From positions 1,693 to 65,692 of the IMG/VR virus record IMGVR_UViG_2814123190_000001: 64,000 nucleotides of DNA; one strand, written 5' to 3'. Every line of letters starts with the position of its first letter. The first letter of the stretch is position 1. The position numbers and the translations under genes were made by a program. Below, in pieces: positions 58,151 to 64,000 of this stretch. The DNA comes from a virus. Lineage: Duplodnaviria; Caudoviricetes. The notes under the pieces were generated by a model. That model had not been told where the DNA came from. It made no database searches and worked only from the letters and a program-made list of their open reading frames with translations.

Positions 58151-58713
58151 GTTCTAGCGCTTTTAAATCCGCTTCAAGAATGATTATTATTGATGCAGTT
58201 ATAAAAAGGCTCTTTAAAGAGGTTGTAGCTAATCGTCGTAAAGCAGAAGAGAGAGTTTTAAAAGATATCTTCGTATCTATACCTAGCCATCGAGAGTACC
58301 ATAGTATGGCAATTATATTTAAAAGTGAGCCTTTTTACTATAACTTGTATTTAGATAAATTCAGTCCTTACTTAAGTCCTCCTAAACTTACTAAAGAAAT
58401 GAGGGATAGTCTCCTTCCTTTTTATAAATTAAGAAAAGAGGAGGAGGCAGCAGAGAGGAAGGTTAAACAGGCAATCCAGCATTTCTTCAGTCAGCCAATA
58501 GAAAAGTGTCATAAGGAAAATTTTGAATTACTTTTCTTAGGTGGTAATGATGTAGCTGATTTAATTTCACATGTCTTACATAAGCCCTCTGTAATAAATG
58601 CTATCTTTGTTTCTGGATTTGATGCAGAAATGTATGAGAAACAAAAGAAGTTGTATTCTCAAGCAATTAAAGAAGTTTCTTTATATTCTGCAAAAAGCCT
58701 ACTTTCTTTATAA
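58147..58713 (+). CDS. Hypothetical protein between helicase and polymerase
   Basis: ATGA overlap with helicase stop; 188 aa. Confidence 0.65.
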   Translation: MSSSAFKSASRMIIIDAVIKRLFKEVVANRRKAEERVLKDIFVSIPSHREYHSMAIIFKSEPFYYNLYLDKFSPYLSPPKLTKEMRDSLLPFYKLRKEEEAAERKVKQAIQHFFSQPIEKCHKENFELLFLGGNDVADLISHVLHKPSVINAIFVSGFDAEMYEKQKKLYSQAIKEVSLYSAKSLLSL

Positions 58714-58748
58714 ATAATAAACCTAATCATAATAAAAATAGGAGGTAT

Positions 58749-61328
58749 ATGTCATATCGAATTATATTAATGCATAGGCATACTCCTTATATAAACCAAA
58801 GGGATTATGATAAATATTACATAAATCCCTTGGTTTCTAAGGGGATAAATAGAGAATCTATTATTACTATCCCTCTGCCCTACCCTAATAATAAACCCCC
58901 TAAAGCTAATGATATGCAGGCATATTTTAATGCTTTCGTACACGATGCTTTAGAGTTTTATTCTGAAGATACTGAGCTATATCTACTAATTGCTGATGCT
59001 CATTATTTTAAGTACTTTGCTGGCGTTAAACAGGCTGACCCTTATAAGGGTATGGTAATGCCTCTGAGAGTATCTAAAGAGGTTATGAGGGATATGGTAC
59101 CCCCTAAGCATATCCATGCTCTCCTAGGCACTTCTATTAACTCCTTAAGGTATAAACCAGAGAATGAAGAAGATATTTACCGAAGTGTGGAAACAGTCTC
59201 TTCGTGCGTTTTGGGTAATTATTCTCCCCCAGGTGAGGATATTATTCACCATGCTGTGTACCCATCTACTATTAGTGATATTTCTTATTGTTTAAATGAA
59301 CTAAAGAAATACCCTAAAGTTACCGTAGATATTGAAACCAAAGGATTAGACTTACTCCCTAATGAGAACTCTATTCTTACTATTGCCTTTGCTGTTGATA
59401 CTCATAATGGTGTTGCTTTCCCAGTAGATAGGTTATCTGATGAGGTAAAAGAGATTCTTTGTGATTTCTTTGAATCCAGTAATAGTCGGTTCATTTTCCA
59501 TAATGCTACTTTTGATATTCGGCATATTATTCTTAGTCTTTTTATGAGAGGAAACTTCTCAGATAAAAAAGCTATGTACAGAGGATTAAGAGCATTTGAT
59601 GGAAAGGTAGATGATACAAAGATTATTGCTTATTTAGCTACCAATACCTGTACAGGTAATAATCTATCTCTTAAAGAACTAGCTCAAGAATTTGCAGGTA
59701 ATTATGCTCTTGATGAAATCAATAATGCTTCTTCTATTGAGGAAAGTAAATTACTTGAATATAACTTAGTAGATACCTTAGCTACTTGGTTTGTCTATAA
59801 CAAGTATTACCATCAAATGGTTAATGATAATCAAGAGAATATTTATAAGACTTTATTACTCCCCTCATTAATGCATATTATTGAGATGGAACTTACAGGT
59901 ATGCCTATGTGCACTTCCCGTATTAAAGAAGTTAAAAATATTCTTGAAACCAGTAGAGATGATTATATGGATACTATCAATAATCACCCTTTGATTAGTA
60001 ATCTTAATCTTCTTCTACAACAAGATGAGATGGTTAAAGCCAATGCTAAGTTAAAGACTAAGCAACACCCTATTGAGCATTTCTCTCATACTACTTTCAA
60101 TCCTAATAGTACTCACCATTTAACTAAACTGCTATACGATACCTTAGAGTTACCCGTATTAGAAACCACTAAATCAGGTAACCCTTCTACTCGTACAGGA
60201 GTAATTAAAAATCTAGTAAACCATGTAGATGAAAGTAATAAAGAAACCAAAGAACTCTTAGAAGCTATTGTGGAACATCGTCAGATAGTGAAGATTCTAT
60301 CTACTTTTATTCCTGCTTTTGAGAAAGGAATTACCCATAATGAGGGTGATTCTATTTCTTGGCTTCATGGAAATTTCAATATTGGTGGAACAGTCTCTGG
60401 TCGATTATCCTCTAATAATCCAAACCTACAGAATCTCCCATCAGGTAGTAAATATGGAAAATTAATTAAATCTATTTTCCAAGCTCCCAAAGGGTGGATA
60501 TTTGCAGGTGCAGACTTTAATAGTCTTGAGGATATGATTAATGCTTTAACGACTAAAGACCCAAATAAACTAAAAATTTATATTGATGGTTTTGATGGTC
60601 ATAGTCTTAGAGCGGCTTATTACTTCAAAGAGGAACTTAGCCACATTGATTTACATGATCCAGTATCAGTGAATTCAGTTGCAGATACTCACCCTAAGTT
60701 AAGACAGGAATCAAAATCACCTACCTTTGCTTTGACTTATCAGGGGACGTATTCGACTCTGATGAAAAACCTAGGTTGGTCAGAAGAGAAAGCCAAAGCA
60801 GTTGAAGCTAACTACCACGAGTTATATAAGCAATCTGCTATCTACGTAAATAATAAATTATTAGAAGCCTCTCAAAGAGGATATGTAGAAGTAGCCTTTG
60901 GTTTAAGAATACGTACTCCTTTAATTGAACAGTCTGTATGGAATAGTCCTAAAGTGCCTCAGGAGGCTCTAGCAGAGGGCAGGACAGCAGGAAATGCCTT
61001 AGGGCAGTCATATGGCTTACTTAATAATAGAGCCGCTGTAGAGTTCTTCCAGCGGGTTAAGAAAGCCAATTATGAATATGACATATTCCCAGTTAGTTTA
61101 ATCCACGATGCTATTTATATCCTCATTCGTGATGATGTAAAGATTGTAGAGTGGGCTAATAGAAATCTAATTGAGTGTATGCAGTGGCAGGAGCTTCCTG
61201 AAATCCAACATGACCAAGTTAAGTTAGGTGCAGAATTAAGTCTATTCTACCCATCATGGGCAGAAGAAATTACGATACCTAACAATGCCTCCATAGAAAC
61301 CATTAAGAAAGTCTGTAAGTCTGATTAG
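58749..61328 (+). CDS. Family A DNA polymerase (N4 gp39-like)
   Basis: Exo DIET, HNATFD, YNLVD; TVSGRLSS..PNLQN; ADFNSLE; RQESKSPTFALTY.G; IHDA. Confidence 0.96.
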   Translation: MSYRIILMHRHTPYINQRDYDKYYINPLVSKGINRESIITIPLPYPNNKPPKANDMQAYFNAFVHDALEFYSEDTELYLLIADAHYFKYFAGVKQADPYKGMVMPLRVSKEVMRDMVPPKHIHALLGTSINSLRYKPENEEDIYRSVETVSSCVLGNYSPPGEDIIHHAVYPSTISDISYCLNELKKYPKVTVDIETKGLDLLPNENSILTIAFAVDTHNGVAFPVDRLSDEVKEILCDFFESSNSRFIFHNATFDIRHIILSLFMRGNFSDKKAMYRGLRAFDGKVDDTKIIAYLATNTCTGNNLSLKELAQEFAGNYALDEINNASSIEESKLLEYNLVDTLATWFVYNKYYHQMVNDNQENIYKTLLLPSLMHIIEMELTGMPMCTSRIKEVKNILETSRDDYMDTINNHPLISNLNLLLQQDEMVKANAKLKTKQHPIEHFSHTTFNPNSTHHLTKLLYDTLELPVLETTKSGNPSTRTGVIKNLVNHVDESNKETKELLEAIVEHRQIVKILSTFIPAFEKGITHNEGDSISWLHGNFNIGGTVSGRLSSNNPNLQNLPSGSKYGKLIKSIFQAPKGWIFAGADFNSLEDMINALTTKDPNKLKIYIDGFDGHSLRAAYYFKEELSHIDLHDPVSVNSVADTHPKLRQESKSPTFALTYQGTYSTLMKNLGWSEEKAKAVEANYHELYKQSAIYVNNKLLEASQRGYVEVAFGLRIRTPLIEQSVWNSPKVPQEALAEGRTAGNALGQSYGLLNNRAAVEFFQRVKKANYEYDIFPVSLIHDAIYILIRDDVKIVEWANRNLIECMQWQELPEIQHDQVKLGAELSLFYPSWAEEITIPNNASIETIKKVCKSD

Positions 61329-61345
61329 TAATCAATGACTTATGC

Positions 61346-61374
61346 TTGATTGGTTTAAACTTAAAAGATAAAAT
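61346..61374 (+). promoter_or_regulatory. Candidate sigma70 promoter
   Basis: TTGATT-N17-TAAAAT upstream of ORF 61402. Confidence 0.45.
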
Positions 61375-61401
61375 ACCTCATTAATAATAAATACTATAAA
61401 T

Positions 61402-61749
61402 ATGGGGTATTTTTCTTTAATGTGTAAACAGAATAAGAATAATAAAAGCACTCATAAAAATACTTCACATAGTCCTGTTCTTAATACCTATTTAGGTATT
61501 CTTACTCATATAAAAAAGGACAGCACTAAGAGACCAAGAAAATCTGTGAAACCGAGGAAACCAAGAAAACCAACACAGATAGAACTATATGGTGAGAAGA
61601 TTCATGAGTTAAAAAAGCAGGGTTACTTTAATAGAGAAATCATAGAAATATTAGGTATACCCGGAGTAGCAACAGTCTATTCTAGATACCTCCTCTCTTT
61701 AGAGGAGCCTAAGCCAGAAACAATTAAGAAACGCTATGGTAGAAAGTAA
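61402..61749 (+). CDS. Basic protein, possible C-terminal HTH
   Basis: Lys/Arg-rich; IHELKKQGYFNREIIEILGI resembles an HTH. Confidence 0.5.
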   Translation: MGYFSLMCKQNKNNKSTHKNTSHSPVLNTYLGILTHIKKDSTKRPRKSVKPRKPRKPTQIELYGEKIHELKKQGYFNREIIEILGIPGVATVYSRYLLSLEEPKPETIKKRYGRK

Positions 61750-61863
61750 ACATTCCAAACTAGCAGATGATGTTTTTAATCAAATAAAAACAGGTAAGGT
61801 TACTATTCGCTGTAACCACCCATTACCAAAACTTAAGGAAGTTAAATTACCTCTTCTTCCTAC

Positions 61864-61882
61864 CGTGGCTTCGCCACGTTTG
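61864..61882 (+). promoter_or_regulatory. Candidate N4-type vRNAP hairpin promoter (class B)
   Basis: CGTGGC-TTC-GCCACG-TTT-G: perfect 6-bp stem, template GAA loop, same geometry as N4 P2. Confidence 0.65.
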
Positions 61883-61947
61883 CGGGATTTCCCAATTATT
61901 AAGAAACCCTTTTATAGCAGTATTAATTAAACCAGTAGGAGAACATA

Positions 61948-62268
61948 ATGGACTTAGTTTATTTATTAATACTTGCAGGTTTATGTAGTCTACTGGTTTT
62001 AAAGCTATTAAAAAGCTATAAGGAAATCTTTTTATCAGAAGGTAGACAGATATCATATTTTGAAGTAGATGTAGATATTTACTGCCAACCGTGTAAATAT
62101 TCAGAAGAATTAAAAAATCTAAATGGTAGAGTACCTCAAGTTGTTATTGGCTATAGTACCAAACAAGATAAGTGGGAACATTTAGAAGATATCCTTAATT
62201 CTGATGATGACCCTAATGAATACACTTACTTAATTATTATGCCTGATGTTATCAGTGCAGAAGATTAA
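61948..62268 (+). CDS. Membrane-anchored hypothetical protein
   Basis: AGGAG RBS; N-terminal hydrophobic helix. Confidence 0.65.
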   Translation: MDLVYLLILAGLCSLLVLKLLKSYKEIFLSEGRQISYFEVDVDIYCQPCKYSEELKNLNGRVPQVVIGYSTKQDKWEHLEDILNSDDDPNEYTYLIIMPDVISAED

Positions 62269-62355
62269 TCACTCCATAACCATAGCCATGGTGACTCCGT
62301 GGAGTTTACTAGTTCTCCATGCTCCTGAAACAAAACTAGTATCTATTCTTTAAGT

Positions 62356-62430
62356 ACGTCTGTAGTTCAATGGATAGAACAAAAGACTTCTAATCTTTAG
62401 ATGTAGGTTCGATTCCTACCAGACGTGCCA
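62356..62430 (+). tRNA. tRNA-Arg (anticodon UCU)
   Basis: Acceptor ACGTCTG/CAGACGT, D arm GTTC/GAAC, anticodon stem AAAGA/TCTTT with loop CTTCTAA, T arm GTAGG-TTCGATT-CCTAC, encoded CCA. Confidence 0.95.
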
Positions 62431-62488
62431 TAGCTCTCCTATATCTCTATTCCACTATTTAAATTACCCAATTTTTAAGGAACATTTT

Positions 62489-63061
62489 ATGCGTCTAAAT
62501 AAAACTATTCGACAAGAAATTGTACAAACAGCTTTAATTAAAGCCTTCTCAAAACGTAAAGAAGAACTAAAACAAAACCTAATTAAATTTGCCGATGAGC
62601 TTTATGACTTCACATATGGTGAGACTGTAAGTAAGTTTAAAAATGCCCCTCCTGAGTGGTTATATTATAACAATACAGCTCGTATTGACGCTCCTGGATT
62701 CTCCTACAAGACCACTGAAAAAACTTTAAATTATGATCTCTACCTAACCGTTCCTAAAGCATTTCCTATCCATTTTGATTATGGAAACAAAATTAAGCTA
62801 ACGCCTGAACACCCATTATTTGATAAATCCCAAGAGCTTGTACATACCCATATGGATTTATGGGCAGAGGAAGAAGCTCTAGAAGCCAAGCTTAATAGCA
62901 TTGTTAACAGTGTAAGTACTCTTAAACAGTTATTAGAAATATGGCCAGAATGTGCTAATATACTGCCTAAGGATATTAGTCCAGCCCCTTTAGCGATTGT
63001 GCCTATCTCCCTTATTAATGATGTAAATAAGGCATTAGGTATGGCTAAACCAATCAAGTAA
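62489..63061 (+). CDS. Nmad5-like (nucleotide modification-associated domain 5) protein
   Basis: MRLNK.IR..I...A start and SV.TLKQL.E.WPE end. Confidence 0.75.
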   Translation: MRLNKTIRQEIVQTALIKAFSKRKEELKQNLIKFADELYDFTYGETVSKFKNAPPEWLYYNNTARIDAPGFSYKTTEKTLNYDLYLTVPKAFPIHFDYGNKIKLTPEHPLFDKSQELVHTHMDLWAEEEALEAKLNSIVNSVSTLKQLLEIWPECANILPKDISPAPLAIVPISLINDVNKALGMAKPIK

Positions 63062-63083
63062 TAATAATAAATAAGGAATACAA

Positions 63084-63416
63084 ATGACTAAAGCTACATC
63101 TTTTAAAGATATCATCGCTGACTTAAATGAAGAAAAATTACTAGAGGCTATGATGACTGCTTCGCAATTAGTTCTAGCAGATGACGATATAGTACGTAAA
63201 ATAATCGAAGCTACTTCAAATCCTGAGGATACAGCTGAAGTTAAAGAAGAAGTATTTCAACAGATTAAAGAGGCTACTAAAGCCTTATTGGAAAATACAG
63301 AAGAAATCGATTATGAAGCATTATTAAAAGATGTTGATGAGGATCAAGCTTCACGAGTAATTGCTCAAGAAGAATCCTTTGAGGAAGATTCTGAATGTAC
63401 TGCATGTAAGATTTAA
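63084..63416 (+). CDS. Acidic hypothetical protein with C-terminal CxxC
   Basis: AAGGA RBS; ends ECTACKI. Confidence 0.7.
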   Translation: MTKATSFKDIIADLNEEKLLEAMMTASQLVLADDDIVRKIIEATSNPEDTAEVKEEVFQQIKEATKALLENTEEIDYEALLKDVDEDQASRVIAQEESFEEDSECTACKI

Positions 63417-63487
63417 TTCTTTCTGCATTCTTTCTTTTTTCTTTCTGCTTACTTTTCCCTCTAATAAAGCCATTGGTTTAATTACTG

Positions 63488-64000
63488 ATGGCTTTTATTA
63501 TTTACTTAGTTATAGGTAAATTAATGATAAAACGTAATCAAACTAAAATAAACCATAAGCCTCAACGAAGGGCATTATCAGCCCGTATGGTGATTTACAA
63601 TACTTGGTTTTATCAGTTAGATTCTTTCCTAAGAGAATATGTAGATAATCCAGAAATCACTACTATGGACGATTTACCCGTATTCCATGACAAGGTAAAA
63701 GGTGAATATATTGATGTAAGGTCAATGCTTAAATTTAATATCGATTTCTTTACTATTATTAATAATCATATCGAACCCAGTAAAAGAATCGATTTAGAGT
63801 CCCTTGTAGACCTCTACAATCACTTTTCTTTTGATACCCTAGATGACCTACAGGAATTATCATTAGAGACCTTAGAAAGCCTCCTACCGCTTCTAAGAGA
63901 GCTTACAAAGTCTCTAAATCATATCTCCCTTACATCGGCCAGTGATATTATCCTAACCCTACGTATTAAGGATTTTACAGATAAGCTGCAATATCACTAG
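63488..64000 (+). CDS. Hypothetical protein
   Basis: 170-aa ORF ending at last base; true start may be ATG 63523. Confidence 0.6.
   Translation: MAFIIYLVIGKLMIKRNQTKINHKPQRRALSARMVIYNTWFYQLDSFLREYVDNPEITTMDDLPVFHDKVKGEYIDVRSMLKFNIDFFTIINNHIEPSKRIDLESLVDLYNHFSFDTLDDLQELSLETLESLLPLLRELTKSLNHISLTSASDIILTLRIKDFTDKLQYH

Noticed and set aside
43271-61328. Inteins or further introns in terminase, helicase, RNAPII or DNA polymerase
   Set aside because: ORFs are continuous, of ordinary length, with no intein or intron motifs noticed.
61736-61930. 64-aa ORF
   Set aside because: No clear RBS; overlaps class B hairpin; could be real but unsupported.
63154-63170. GCTTCGC as another hairpin promoter
   Set aside because: Inside a CDS, only 3 contiguous pairs and no TTCATT box.
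1-64000. Prophage/temperate features or stop-codon recoding
   Set aside because: No integrase, att site or host genes; long genes are intact under the standard code.

Overview
The window is most of the genome of an AT-rich, apparently lytic N4-like podophage (Schitoviridae), circularly permuted. The late/early divergence, and probable physical end/terminal repeat, lies at about 46.5-46.95 kb. Order: tail-fibre module and partial holin-like gene (-, 1-7450); thyX, exonuclease, primase, gp44/Sak4-like ATPase, SSB and RuvC-like resolvase (+, 7.5-16.7 kb); 4347-aa virion RNA polymerase, ejection proteins, capsid, portal and terminase (-, 16.7-46.5 kb); early cassettes, two-subunit RNAPII, MoxR/vWA pair, helicase, family A DNA polymerase and tRNA-Arg(UCU) (+, 46.9-64 kb). 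Main observations: (1) an 881-nt group I intron with an HNH homing endonuclease that splits the gp44-like ATPase, with both splice sites readable in the sequence; (2) two classes of N4-type hairpin promoter candidates, four early ones with a 2-bp stem plus a conserved TTCATTWAGC box, and three canonical 6-bp hairpins deep in the genome; (3) an enlarged vRNAP with a tandem pair of an unrecognised 150-190 aa domain and a Tyr-to-Phe change in motif B; (4) early micro-ORFs, including two minigenes in mutually exclusive RNA pairings; (5) a DUF285/BspA-repeat fibre. No integrase, CRISPR array or reverse transcriptase was seen. All assignments come from motif recognition and synteny by eye; no searches were run.
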